From: an uncultured Actinomycetes bacterium
Lineage (GTDB): Bacteria > Actinomycetota > UBA4738 > HRBIN12
NCBI GenBank assembly: GCA_963704885.1
Contig: CAVPIB010000004.1
Location: forward strand, 928,001-992,000
Length of the DNA: 64,000 nt
Direction of reading: 5' to 3'
Part shown: positions 1 through 9,609 of the stretch, piece after piece
How positions within the stretch are numbered: the first letter of the stretch is position 1
Layout: every line of letters begins with the position of its first letter
Notes under the pieces: generated by a model
What the model saw: only the letters and a program-made list of their open reading frames with translations
What the model was told of the DNA's origin: nothing
Database searches by the model: none
Position numbers and translations under genes: made by a program

Positions 1-279
1 CACCGACAGCGAGGATCTGTTCTCGCCATGCGTCCACACGAACGATCCCGGAACTCCCTCGGCTGAGAGCATCTCCGCCAGCCACTTCCCGGCGTGACCC
101 CGCAGGAGCGCGATCACACGGACCTCGCCGCCGAGCGACCGCACAGCGCGCGCGACGTTCAGCCCTTTCCCGCCTGCCGTCTGCTGGAAGCCGACCGGCC
201 GGTGGATGTCACCTCGCACCAGTCGATCGACCTCGAACAGCTTGTCGATCGATGGGTTCGCTGCCAGGCAGACGATCAT
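1..279 (-). CDS. 1-phosphofructokinase-like (PfkB family) hexose kinase, N-terminal part only (runs off window)
   Basis: Not in ORF track; manual translation from ATG at 279 gives MIVCLAANPSIDKLFEVDRLVRGDIHRP...AGGKGLNVARA, the FruK/PfkB N-terminal signature; ATGA overlap with the upstream kinase. Confidence 0.85.
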   Translation of the reverse strand, partial: MIVCLAANPSIDKLFEVDRLVRGDIHRPVGFQQTAGGKGLNVARAVRSLGGEVRVIALLRGHAGKWLAEMLSAEGVPGSFVWTHGENRSSLSV

Positions 280-1217
280 GCGACTCGTCCCTCTTCCAAC
301 AATGCCAACGCTTCCTCCCGGGTCGCCTGGCCGGTCGAACCGCCGGTGCTCGTGGTCGAGATCGCGCCGCACGCGTTGGCGAACGCGAGGGCCTGATCGA
401 TCGGCTGGCCGTCGAGCCATGCGGCCAGGTACCCGGCATCGAATGAATCGCCCGCGCCCGTCGTGTCACGAACAGGAACGGCGATGCCCTCGACGCTCGC
501 ATCCACCCCAACGCTCACGGCCCTGGCGCCACCGGAGTCGAGCTTCACGACCACCGTGCCGGCCCCCGCCTCTCGCAGTCGCGCGATCGCCTCGTCGAGC
601 TCCGAGATGTGCCCGATGCTGTATGCCTCCATCGCGTTCGGAAGGAACACGTCGACCACTGCCAGGAGCTTCATGAGATCGTCCCCCCACCGCCCCGAGG
701 GGTCCCAGTTGGGATCGACGGACGTGGTGCCTCCTCGGGTCCGCACGCCGGCGAAGAGCCCCGGCAGATCCGGCGCGAGCGAGCGCTGCAAGAAGTACGA
801 GCCCACGTGCACGTGGCGCGCCTTGGCGATCAGAGCTGGATCGATATGCGCAGCCGATAGCTCGCCGATCGGGCCCAGCGCGGTGAGCATGGCACGGTCC
901 TCCGGTTCCGAAAGCACCACCGTCAGCCCGGTCGGACGGTCCGGGTCGACCACGAGTCCGGAGATGTCCACCCCGCGCGCATCCAGCTCCTCGCGCATGA
1001 ATCTGCCGAAGACATCGTCACCCACCAGGCCGGCGAGCCCGACGCGCAAGCCGAGACGTGCCGCGCCACAAGCGAAGATGGCGCCCGATCCTCCGATCGT
1101 GAGCCTCGCCTCGTCCACCAGACGCTCCGCTTGCCCGAACGCCGGCCGAACGTCACCGCCACGCAGCACCAGGTCGGGGTTGGCGTCGCCCAGGACCAGC
1201 ACGTCTAACGCGGACAT
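276..1217 (-). CDS. PfkB family carbohydrate kinase
   Basis: GGSGAIFACGAARLG and DTTGAGDSF PfkB signatures; start MSALDV follows TAGTCT-N7. Confidence 0.9.
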   Translation of the reverse strand: MSALDVLVLGDANPDLVLRGGDVRPAFGQAERLVDEARLTIGGSGAIFACGAARLGLRVGLAGLVGDDVFGRFMREELDARGVDISGLVVDPDRPTGLTVVLSEPEDRAMLTALGPIGELSAAHIDPALIAKARHVHVGSYFLQRSLAPDLPGLFAGVRTRGGTTSVDPNWDPSGRWGDDLMKLLAVVDVFLPNAMEAYSIGHISELDEAIARLREAGAGTVVVKLDSGGARAVSVGVDASVEGIAVPVRDTTGAGDSFDAGYLAAWLDGQPIDQALAFANACGAISTTSTGGSTGQATREEALALLEEGRVA

Positions 1218-1283
1218 GTTCGAGAGACTACTTCCCTTCTCCCGCACGGGGGTTCGGAACATCGATGGGGCTACGATCGCCTC

Positions 1284-1796
1284 ATGCCGCCTCGGATAAC
1301 GCTCATCCAGGCCGACATCACGACGCAGGTGGTCGATGCGATCGTCAACGCCGCCAACACGTCTCTGCGACCCGGCGGCGGTGTGGACGAGGCGATCACG
1401 CGAGCCGCAGGCCCGGCGGCGCTCGCCGATCGCGAGCGCGTGATCCGCGAGCGAGGCGTTCCACCTCTCCCGACCGGACTGGCCGTCGCGACGATCGGCG
1501 GCGCCCTCCCCGCCCGCTGGATCATCCACACGGCCGGCCCCATCTATTCAGGCTCCGCCGAGGACCCGCTCTTGCTGGCCTCGTGCCACGTCGAGTCCCT
1601 GCGCGTGGCCGACGAGCTCGGGGCGCTCATCGTGGCCTTCCCCGCGATCTCGACCGGGGTCTACGGCTACCCCCTTCCCGAGGCGGCAACCGTATCGGTC
1701 GGCGCGGTCCTCGCGGCTCGGACGGAGGTCCGCGAGGTTCGGTTCGTGCTGTTCGATGACCGAGCCAAGGCCGCGTTCGAGGTGGCGCTTGGCTGA
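1284..1796 (+). CDS. Macro domain protein (O-acetyl-ADP-ribose deacetylase, YmdB-like)
   Basis: DIT..VDAIVNAAN, GGGVD, IIHTAGP and FPAISTGVYGYP motifs. Confidence 0.92.
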   Translation: MPPRITLIQADITTQVVDAIVNAANTSLRPGGGVDEAITRAAGPAALADRERVIRERGVPPLPTGLAVATIGGALPARWIIHTAGPIYSGSAEDPLLLASCHVESLRVADELGALIVAFPAISTGVYGYPLPEAATVSVGAVLAARTEVREVRFVLFDDRAKAAFEVALG

Positions 1797-1832
1797 GGGA
1801 ATACGCACCTCGCTGATAGGATTCGCACCTGC

Positions 1833-2168
1833 ATGTTGGAGGAACTGACCACGCCGCGCGGCACGTACGAGCGCCTCGACAAGGTCCAGCTCGTGGACTG
1901 CCGCGAGCCGTACGAGTGGAACGCCGGCCGCGTGGAAGGCGCGATCCACATGCCGCTGAACGCGATCATGGCCGGCATGGGCACAGACCTCGACCACACC
2001 AAGCCGATCGTCGTGATCTGCCGGAGCGGCAACCGAAGCGAACTCGCCACCATGATGTTCCAGGCGCGCGGCTTCGAGGCGTACAACCTCGAAGGGGGCA
2101 TCGAGGCGTGGGCTCGCGAAGGCCTGCCGTACTCGGCGCCCGACGGCTCCCCCGGCCGCATCGCCTGA
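1833..2168 (+). CDS. Single-domain rhodanese
   Basis: DCREPYEW, active-site CRSGNRS, NLEGGIEAW. Confidence 0.9.
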   Translation: MLEELTTPRGTYERLDKVQLVDCREPYEWNAGRVEGAIHMPLNAIMAGMGTDLDHTKPIVVICRSGNRSELATMMFQARGFEAYNLEGGIEAWAREGLPYSAPDGSPGRIA

Positions 2169-2216
2169 CCGCGCCCGCCTGCTGGGCCGGCTCCGCGTTC
2201 CACGTACGCTAGCCGC

Positions 2217-3680
2217 ATGGCGGATGTCGACGGAGCCAGACGCGCGCTGGAAGCCGCGCTCGGCCCGGCCGAGGTTCTGGCCGACCCGCTGGCGCTCAAG
2301 CTCTACGCACGTGACGCATCCATGGTCGAAGGCGGCTGCGCGTTGGTCGCGTTCCCTAGATCGACCGACGACATCGTCGCGTGCATGCGGATCGCGACTC
2401 AGCACGGACTGGCCGTCGTACCGCGCGGGAGCGGTACGGGATTGGCCGGCGGGGCCACGCCCATAGGTGACTCGCTGGTCGTGGTCACCTCGAAGATGAA
2501 CACGATCTTGGAGATCCGGACCCAAGATCGCCTGGCCTGGGTCGAGCCGGGGGTGTTCAACCTCGATCTGTCCGACGCGCTCCGGCCGCTCGGATGGACG
2601 TATGCGCCCGATCCCTCGTCTCAGCAGACGTCGTCGATCGGCGGCAACGTGAGCACCAACGCCGGCGGCCCTCACTGCCTGGCCTACGGAGTCACGTCGG
2701 CGCACGTACTCGCGCTCGACGTGGTGCTCCCAGATGGTTCGGTGGAACGGTTCGGCAGCGAGGGACCCGAGGCGCCCGGCTACGACCTCCGCGGGGTCGT
2801 CATCGGCTCGGAGGGAACGCTCGGGATGGTGGCGCGGGTATGCGTTCGTCTCACCCCGCTGCCGCCTGCGGTCCGCACCATGCTTCTGGATTTCGGCAGC
2901 GTCGAGGACTGCGCCGCGACGGTCTCGGACATCATCGCGCGCGGCGTCGTCCCCGCGGCGCTCGAGATGATGGACAACGGCATCGTGGTCGCGGCAGAGA
3001 ACTTCGCGCACGCCGGCTACCCGACCGACGCTGCGGCCATCCTGATCGTTGAGGTCGACGGCCTGCAGTCGGCGGTCGAGTCGCAGACCCGGGAGGTCGA
3101 GGCCGCGGCCGAAACGAACAACGTCCGCACCATCCGGGTGGCGGCCGACGACGCAGAGCGCGCACTCCTTTGGAAGGGACGCAAGTCGGCGTTCGGTGCG
3201 GTTGCACAGATCGCTCCGCACTACCACCTGCACGACTGCGTGGTGCCCAGGACGAAGCTCGTCGAGGTCCTGGCCGGCGTCTACGCGATCGCGAAGCACC
3301 ACGACCTGATAGTCACGAACGTGTTCCACGCCGGCGACGGCAACCTCCACCCGCTGCTCTCGTTCGACCGCAGCGTTCCGGGGACGCTCGAGCGAGTGCT
3401 CCAGGCGAGCGAGGAGATCGTCCGTCTGTGTATCGACGCGGGCGGCGCGCTCAGCGGCGAGCACGGGATCGGCCTGGAGAAACGCGACTTCATGCCGCTG
3501 GTGTTCACGGCGGACGACCTGGCGGCCCAGGCCTGCGTCCGCAACGCGTTCGACCCCGAGCGGCGGATGAACCCCGAGAAGGTGCTGCCCGAAGGCGCCC
3601 GATGCGGCGACTTCGCCATGGCGCACGGGAGCGACGCCGCCGAGGCGGCCGCGAGCCTGCCGGAGGGTTCGTGGATCTGA
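2217..3680 (+). CDS. glcD: Glycolate oxidase-type FAD-linked subunit GlcD
   Basis: PRGSGTGLAGG, PDPSS, GSEGTLG, HAGDGNLHP, GEHGIGLEK. Confidence 0.85.
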   Translation: MADVDGARRALEAALGPAEVLADPLALKLYARDASMVEGGCALVAFPRSTDDIVACMRIATQHGLAVVPRGSGTGLAGGATPIGDSLVVVTSKMNTILEIRTQDRLAWVEPGVFNLDLSDALRPLGWTYAPDPSSQQTSSIGGNVSTNAGGPHCLAYGVTSAHVLALDVVLPDGSVERFGSEGPEAPGYDLRGVVIGSEGTLGMVARVCVRLTPLPPAVRTMLLDFGSVEDCAATVSDIIARGVVPAALEMMDNGIVVAAENFAHAGYPTDAAAILIVEVDGLQSAVESQTREVEAAAETNNVRTIRVAADDAERALLWKGRKSAFGAVAQIAPHYHLHDCVVPRTKLVEVLAGVYAIAKHHDLIVTNVFHAGDGNLHPLLSFDRSVPGTLERVLQASEEIVRLCIDAGGALSGEHGIGLEKRDFMPLVFTADDLAAQACVRNAFDPERRMNPEKVLPEGARCGDFAMAHGSDAAEAAASLPEGSWI

Positions 3681-4705
3681 TCCACCCGCACGCGAAGCAC
3701 GACGTGGTCGAGGTGCTTCGCGACGCCAGCGCACACGGCACGCGCGTCCTCACCGTCGGCGGACGAACCCACATGGACCGGGGCAACCCACGTGAGGTCG
3801 ACGCCGAGCTGTGGACCACCATGCTCGACGAGGTCGCATCCTACGAGCCGGCCGAGATGCTGGCGGCTGTCGAGGCCGGGATGCGCGTCGGCGACCTCCA
3901 GGCCATGCTCGCCGAGGGCGGACAGGAGTGGCCGGTGGACGCGCCGCACGATGCCACCGTGGGCGGGGTGATCGCAGCCGGCGTCTCGTCGTTCCGCCGG
4001 CTGCGCGTCGGCCACGTGCGCGACACGGTGGTCGAGCTGGAGTTGGTGACCGGCGACGGCCGGCTGATCAGGAGCGGCGCGCGGACCGTCAAGAACGTGA
4101 CGGGCTATGACATCCACCGGCTGGCGACCGGCTCCCTCGGCACGCTCGGCGTGATCGTGCAGGCGGCGTTGAAGCTCCGGCCGCTCCCCCAGGTCCGTCG
4201 CCGCATCACGGCCGTCGGCAACGGTCTGGAGCTCGGCTCGCGCTTCCTGGAGCGCATCCCCCTACCGGCCGCGATTCTCGCCGAACCGGAGCGAGCAAGC
4301 GTGTGGCTCGAAGGTTGGATCGAGGAGGTGGAGGAACAGACCGCCGCCGCGCGCACCGCGTCGACGGACCTCTTGATCGACGACGAGCCGCAGCCGTTCG
4401 ACCCGTCGGCGATCCAGGCCCAGGTCGTGGTGGAGGCGGCGGTCGCTCCCTCACGGATCGCGCATGTGGTGTCGGGGCGCGACGGCTGGACCGCACTACT
4501 TGGGATCGGGATCGTCTGGTTCGGCCTGTCGACCGAAAGCGGTGAGCTGGCTCGGATCCGCGACAGTGTCGCCGAGGTTGGAGGGACGGCGCCGGTGATC
4601 AAGGGTCCCGGGGGGCTGGGCCCGACCCACCTCCCCGCGCCGGAGGTTCACGGGCGATTGAAGGATGCCTTCGATCCCGCCGGGATCCTCTCTCCCCCCG
4701 GCTGA
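3671..4705 (+). CDS. glcE: Glycolate oxidase FAD-binding subunit GlcE
   Basis: YEPAEM, ATVGG, VKNVTGYD, GSLGTLG, LKDAFDPAGILSP; GTG start overlaps glcD end. Confidence 0.8.
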   Translation: MDLIHPHAKHDVVEVLRDASAHGTRVLTVGGRTHMDRGNPREVDAELWTTMLDEVASYEPAEMLAAVEAGMRVGDLQAMLAEGGQEWPVDAPHDATVGGVIAAGVSSFRRLRVGHVRDTVVELELVTGDGRLIRSGARTVKNVTGYDIHRLATGSLGTLGVIVQAALKLRPLPQVRRRITAVGNGLELGSRFLERIPLPAAILAEPERASVWLEGWIEEVEEQTAAARTASTDLLIDDEPQPFDPSAIQAQVVVEAAVAPSRIAHVVSGRDGWTALLGIGIVWFGLSTESGELARIRDSVAEVGGTAPVIKGPGGLGPTHLPAPEVHGRLKDAFDPAGILSPPG

Positions 4706-4711
4706 CCCGAA

Positions 4712-4732
4712 GGTCCCGTGCGCCGCGGGACC
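4712..4732 (+). terminator. GC-rich hairpin just after the glcE stop
   Basis: GGTCCCG-N7-CGGGACC; no U-tract. Confidence 0.35.
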
Positions 4733-4773
4733 CTCGACCCGACTCACCTCGCCTCACACCTCCTAACTTCGCT

Positions 4774-4798
4774 CTAACGGACTGGATAGGTCCGTTAG
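4774..4798. promoter_or_regulatory. Perfect inverted repeat upstream of nosZ, candidate operator
   Basis: CTAACGGAC-TGGATAG-GTCCGTTAG (9-7-9), ending just before the AGGAAGGAG ribosome-binding site. Confidence 0.6.
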
Positions 4799-4816
4799 TG
4801 AGGAAGGAGACCTGCG

Positions 4817-6901
4817 ATGGGTTCGGACGGCGGGCCAGACAAGACCGGTACACCCAACGGCGAGCAGGCAACCGGGTCGGGCGTATCACGCCGACCGGTG
4901 AAGCATCGCGGACCGGTGGTGAGCAGGCGCGCGGCGCTCGGGATGATGGCGGGCGGCGCGGCGGCCGGCGTCGTAGGCGCACGGGTCGGATTCGGAGCAT
5001 CGAGCGGAGGGGATCTCTCGCAGATCGCCTCGGATCGAGGACTCGACGGCGACCAGGCGGCCGCAGCACTGAAGACGTTCGTCCCCGGGGGAAGCTTCGA
5101 CGAGTACTTCTTGATGGCGTCGGGCGGCCACTCAGGCCAGATGCTCGTGATCGGCGTGCCGTCGATGCGCCTGCTGAAGGTGATCCCGGTGTTCACGCCG
5201 GAACCGTGGTCGGGCTACGGCTACGGGACGGAACAGTCGATGGCGGTCCTGGCTGGGGGCTCCGATCCCGCTAAGTCGAACCCTCTCGCCTGGGGCGACA
5301 CGCACCACCCGGCACTGTCCGAGACCGAGGGTGACTACGACGGTCGGTTCCTCTACATCAACGACCGGGCCAACGGCCGGATCGGCATGATCGATCTGCG
5401 CGACTTCAAGACGAAGGAGATCTTCGACATCCCGAACCTCCAGACGTCCCACGGCGGGTGCTTCGTCACGCCCAACAGCGAGTACGTCCACATATCCTCG
5501 ATGACACCATGCCCTGCGACCGAGAGCGGCTACGCGCCTCTGTCTCGATACAAGGAGGACTTCCGGGGGTTCTCGACGTGGCTCGCGCTCGACCAGGAGA
5601 CCGGACGGTTCGTGAAGGAGAAGACCTTCCAGATCGAGTTGCCTCCGTACACGCAGGACCTTGCGGATGCGGGAAAGCTCACCAGCTACGGGTTCGGCTT
5701 CATCAACTCCTACAACACCGAGATGGCCACCGGCGGCAACCTGCACGATCCGTCGATGTCCTTAGAGGCCTCAGCGACCAAGAACGACTACGACTTCATG
5801 CACATCATCGACTGGCAGAAGGCCGAGGCGTTCTTCCAGGCCGGATCCGGGATCAAGAAGCTGAACGGCATGTCCGTCATCCCGCTCGACGCGGCGGTAG
5901 GCGAAGGGATCCTGCACTTCGCGCCGGAACCGCGGAACCCACACGGCGTGGACGTGAGCCCCACGGGTGACTACATCTGCGTGAGTGGGAAGCTCGACCC
6001 CAACGGCAACGTCTACTCGATGGAGCGGATCAAGGACGCGATCGCGAACCAGGACTATCAGGGCACCGATGAGTTCGGCGTTCCGATCCTGACGCTCGAG
6101 TCGGTACTCGAGGCGCAGGTCGAGCTGGGCGCCGGCCCACTGCACACACAGTTCGACGACAAGGGCCACGCGTATACGTCGCTCTTCTTGGATTCGGCGG
6201 TGGCGAAGTGGACGCTCGGCCCCAAGGCGGGGCATACCGACGACGCGTTCCAGTTGGTCCAGAAGCTGCCGGTCCACTACAACATCGGTCACCTCTGCAC
6301 GGCCGAGGGCGACACGGTGAACCCGGACGGCAAGTACCTGATCGCGCTCAACAAGTGGTCGATCGATCGCTTCCCGCCGGTCGGCACGCTCCACCCGCAG
6401 AACTTCCAGCTGGTGGACATCGGAGAAGAACCCATGAAGCTCCTATCCGACATGCCGATCGGCCTGGGCGAGCCCCACTACGTCCAGATGATCCACAGGG
6501 ACAAGTTGAAGAACGTCCTGACCGCGTACGAGCCGGCGACCGAACCCAGCGACTGGACGGTTTCCCCGTTCGCCACGGTGGCTGGCGAGGAGCGGATCGA
6601 ACGCGACGGCGACACGCTCCACGTCTACATGACCGCGCAGCGCTCTCACTACACGCCCGACATCGTGGAGGCGAACCTGGGCGATACGCTGCAGTTGCAC
6701 ATCACCAACATCGAGCAGACGCCGGACGCGACCCACGGCTTCGCGATCCCCTCGTACAACATCGAGGCCAGCCTCGACCCTGGCGAGGTCGTGAACATCG
6801 CGGTTCCGCTCGACCGGGCGGGTACGTTCGCCATGTACTGCTCGGAGTTCTGCTCGGCCCTACACCTGGAGATGCAGGGCTGGCTCCAGGTTGCCCCGTG
6901 A
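4817..6901 (+). CDS. nosZ: Nitrous oxide reductase, clade II-type, with twin-arginine-like leader
   Basis: All 7 CuZ His (DTHHP, SHGG, PHGVD, PLHT, IGHL, EPHY); CuA ligands THGF...CSEFCSALHLEM; clade II-type N-terminus SGGHSGQMLVIGVPSMRLLKVIPVF; SRRAALG followed by a hydrophobic stretch. Confidence 0.96.
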   Translation: MGSDGGPDKTGTPNGEQATGSGVSRRPVKHRGPVVSRRAALGMMAGGAAAGVVGARVGFGASSGGDLSQIASDRGLDGDQAAAALKTFVPGGSFDEYFLMASGGHSGQMLVIGVPSMRLLKVIPVFTPEPWSGYGYGTEQSMAVLAGGSDPAKSNPLAWGDTHHPALSETEGDYDGRFLYINDRANGRIGMIDLRDFKTKEIFDIPNLQTSHGGCFVTPNSEYVHISSMTPCPATESGYAPLSRYKEDFRGFSTWLALDQETGRFVKEKTFQIELPPYTQDLADAGKLTSYGFGFINSYNTEMATGGNLHDPSMSLEASATKNDYDFMHIIDWQKAEAFFQAGSGIKKLNGMSVIPLDAAVGEGILHFAPEPRNPHGVDVSPTGDYICVSGKLDPNGNVYSMERIKDAIANQDYQGTDEFGVPILTLESVLEAQVELGAGPLHTQFDDKGHAYTSLFLDSAVAKWTLGPKAGHTDDAFQLVQKLPVHYNIGHLCTAEGDTVNPDGKYLIALNKWSIDRFPPVGTLHPQNFQLVDIGEEPMKLLSDMPIGLGEPHYVQMIHRDKLKNVLTAYEPATEPSDWTVSPFATVAGEERIERDGDTLHVYMTAQRSHYTPDIVEANLGDTLQLHITNIEQTPDATHGFAIPSYNIEASLDPGEVVNIAVPLDRAGTFAMYCSEFCSALHLEMQGWLQVAP

Positions 6902-6927
6902 TCGGATCGAACAGGAAGGAGCAAGAT

Positions 6928-7368
6928 ATGCGCAGGTTCAGTCTGCTGGCGGCCGCGGCGCTCGCGACCGCCATGGTATTGGCCGCATGTGGCGGCGGTG
7001 ACGATGGAAGTGGTGACGGCGGTGGCGACGGAGGTGGCGACAACGGGGGCGGCGGCTCGACGGCCCTCGCGGTCACGGCCCCGAGCGGCGCTGCGAACGA
7101 CGGGTTCGCGGAGACGTCGCTCAGCGTTGCCGCCGACACTCCGTTCACCATCAACTTCACCAACGAAGACGAAGGCATCCTGCACAACGTGCAGATCTTC
7201 GAGGGAACGGATACGAGCGCAACGGCCGTGTGGACACCCGAGGGGAACGCCATGATCACCGGACCGGACGAAGCGCTCTACGAGATCCCCGCCCTGCCGG
7301 CGGGCACCTACACGTTCAACTGCTTCTCGCACCCGACCACCATGGTCGGGACGTTGACGGTGGGCTAG
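6928..7368 (+). CDS. Cupredoxin (type 1 blue copper) lipoprotein
   Basis: Lipobox LAAC, Gly/Asp-rich linker, HNV...CFSHPTTM (H,C,H,M ligand set); AGGAAGGAG RBS. Confidence 0.85.
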   Translation: MRRFSLLAAAALATAMVLAACGGGDDGSGDGGGDGGGDNGGGGSTALAVTAPSGAANDGFAETSLSVAADTPFTINFTNEDEGILHNVQIFEGTDTSATAVWTPEGNAMITGPDEALYEIPALPAGTYTFNCFSHPTTMVGTLTVG

Positions 7369-7381
7369 GGATCTGGAAACG

Positions 7382-8098
7382 ATGAGGATGGCGGCCGACC
7401 CGATCTCCCAGACCGAGCGAGCGAACGTGAACTCAACGCCAGGCCTCGGAGACACCCCTCCCGCCCCCGCGACCCCCTCGCGGACGCCGGGCATGCGGAT
7501 AGGGATCGGGCTCGCGGCCGCCATCCTCGTCATCCTGGCGTGGCGCCTCCCGATCTGGGAGGCAAGGCTCTCGGCGCCGCAGTACCCACTGGGGCTCTCG
7601 CTCAGCGCGGGCGCCCAAGGTGTTAGCGGAGACATCGAACAGATCAACGTTCTGAACCACTACGTGGGGATGGCGGCGTTCGATCCCTCGGACGCGCCTG
7701 AGACGGCTCTTTGGGTGTGGGCGATCCTGTTCGCGCTCGGGGCGGTCGCGGTGGCGACGGCGTTGGACGTTCGTCACCCGCTCGCTCGGCTGGCGCGGAT
7801 CGGACTGTGGCTCGTCCCTCTAGGCGCACTCGCCGACGTGCAGTACCGGCTCTACCAGTACGGGCACAGCGTCCAGCCCGACGCCACGATCCGATTGGAG
7901 CCGTTCACCCCTCTCGTTATCGGACCCACCCGTGTGCTGAACTTCACGACCTGGGCGTTCCCAGGCGGAGCGATCTGGTGCCTGCTCGGCGCAGCGTTCC
8001 TCATGAGCTTCGGGGCTCGCTTGATCTTGTGGGGCCGCGAAAGGTGGGCGACCCGGCCCATCTACGTGGACGATGACGTGGAGATCGAAGCGTCGTGA
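7382..8098 (+). CDS. nosB: NosB-like membrane protein of clade II nos clusters
   Basis: LPIW...APQYPLGL, INVLNHYVGM, YQYGH, PFTP motifs; about 4 TM segments; position between nosZ and nosD. Confidence 0.75.
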   Translation: MRMAADPISQTERANVNSTPGLGDTPPAPATPSRTPGMRIGIGLAAAILVILAWRLPIWEARLSAPQYPLGLSLSAGAQGVSGDIEQINVLNHYVGMAAFDPSDAPETALWVWAILFALGAVAVATALDVRHPLARLARIGLWLVPLGALADVQYRLYQYGHSVQPDATIRLEPFTPLVIGPTRVLNFTTWAFPGGAIWCLLGAAFLMSFGARLILWGRERWATRPIYVDDDVEIEAS

Positions 8099-9609
8099 GA
8101 CGTCGCGCGGTATTCGCCGTTCTGGCCCTTCTGGTCGTGGCCGCGGCCTCGGCGTACATGCTTGGCTGGTTAAGCAGCCCAACCGACCAGGTGGCTGCTC
8201 CGGTCCGGTCGGTCACCATGCCGGCGGCGCACCTGCAGTCCATGATCGATGCCGCACCCGACGGCTCCACGCTCGAGGTCCCGGCCGCGACCTACGCTGG
8301 ACGCCTGCGCGTCGATCATCCACTCACGCTGGTGGCACAGGGGAAGGTCGTGGTCGACGCGGGCTGGCTCGGCTCGGTCCTACGGATCACAGCTCCCGAT
8401 GTCACGGTTGATGGCTTCACCCTCCGTCGCTCCGGCATCGGCCCGGTCGGAGCGCCATCCGGGATCCTCGTTGAGAACGCGGATCGAGCTTTGATCCGCG
8501 ACGTCAGGATCGAGCACAGCTACATGGGGATCACTGTTCGTCGCTCAAGGAGCGTGTCCATCGAGGGCGTAACGATCGTCGGCGAGGGACTGATCATAGG
8601 GGAGCTCCACGCCGTGAACGCACCGTCCGACGCGCACGCCGGCCACGACATGGCTGATCCGGAGAGGAGCGTGGCATCTCCCGGCGGGCAGATCCGCGGT
8701 GACGGGATCTGGCTCTGGAACACCATCGACGCCGAAGTCAGGAACTCGACCATCACGGGCGTCCGCGATGGGATCTACGTCTCGTACGGGATTCGTTCTC
8801 GCCTGATCGGGAACACGATCGCCGACAGCCGTTACGCGGTTCACGACATGTACGCCGAGGATCTCCTGCTCCACGAGAACACGCTGACTGGCAACCTCTC
8901 GGGCCTGGTCCTGATGTACGGCGGGCCTGTAGACGTGATGGGCAACACGATCACGGAGTCCGGCAGTCCCTCCACAGGCTTCGGCATCCTGGTGAAAGAC
9001 GCCGGCGGCGTCAACGTTCGGCGGAACATCATCGCCGACAACCGCGAGGGGCTTCATATCGACGACGCAGGCCGAACGGGAGGAGAGCCCGTGCAGGTGG
9101 CGGACAACACGATCGCCATGAACCAGGTGGGCGTCCTGATCTTCCCGTCGGCCGACTCCGGGTTCACCGGCAACGGGTTCATCGAGAACTCCACCCAGGT
9201 CGCGCTCGGCGGCAGCGGGACCACGCAAGCAGATTGGACGGTGGGCGGCGTCGGCAACTACTGGAGCGACTACAGCGGATTCGATGGCGGCGGGGACGGA
9301 GTCGGCGACGTCCCCTACTCGGCCAGCGGGCGGGTCAGCAGGCTCCTGGCGGAGGAACCGCTCTTGGCCGCGCTCACCTCCGGCCCCGCCTTCAGGCTCC
9401 TGAACTCACTCGAGGATCGCTGGTCGGATGCCGTGCCCGTCGTGAACGATGACGCCCCGATCCTGACCTCGCGCGGTCCCGCGATGGGGGGTGGCCCCGG
9501 AGGCTCGCCAACCCTCCTGTGGCTGGCTGGAGGCGCCTTGATCACGGCGAGCGCATGGGCGCTGCTGCGCTCGCGAAGGCCGCGGAGGGGGGTGACCGCC
9601 CATGCCTGA
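8095..9609 (+). CDS. nosD: NosD, N2O reductase maturation protein (beta-helix)
   Basis: RGDGIWLWN, RDGIY, RYAVHDMY, GNYWSDY motifs; N-terminal signal and C-terminal TM. Confidence 0.9.
   Translation: MRRRAVFAVLALLVVAAASAYMLGWLSSPTDQVAAPVRSVTMPAAHLQSMIDAAPDGSTLEVPAATYAGRLRVDHPLTLVAQGKVVVDAGWLGSVLRITAPDVTVDGFTLRRSGIGPVGAPSGILVENADRALIRDVRIEHSYMGITVRRSRSVSIEGVTIVGEGLIIGELHAVNAPSDAHAGHDMADPERSVASPGGQIRGDGIWLWNTIDAEVRNSTITGVRDGIYVSYGIRSRLIGNTIADSRYAVHDMYAEDLLLHENTLTGNLSGLVLMYGGPVDVMGNTITESGSPSTGFGILVKDAGGVNVRRNIIADNREGLHIDDAGRTGGEPVQVADNTIAMNQVGVLIFPSADSGFTGNGFIENSTQVALGGSGTTQADWTVGGVGNYWSDYSGFDGGGDGVGDVPYSASGRVSRLLAEEPLLAALTSGPAFRLLNSLEDRWSDAVPVVNDDAPILTSRGPAMGGGPGGSPTLLWLAGGALITASAWALLRSRRPRRGVTAHA

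Noticed and set aside
1548-3734. Long antisense or alternative-frame ORFs (e.g. 1548-3734, 32309-33910, 37751-39391, 50854-52488)
   Set aside because: They are shadows of real genes in GC-rich DNA, Arg/Pro/Gly-rich and without recognisable motifs
6989-7060. GGCGGT-rich repeat as a DNA repeat element
   Set aside because: It encodes the Gly/Asp linker of the lipoprotein
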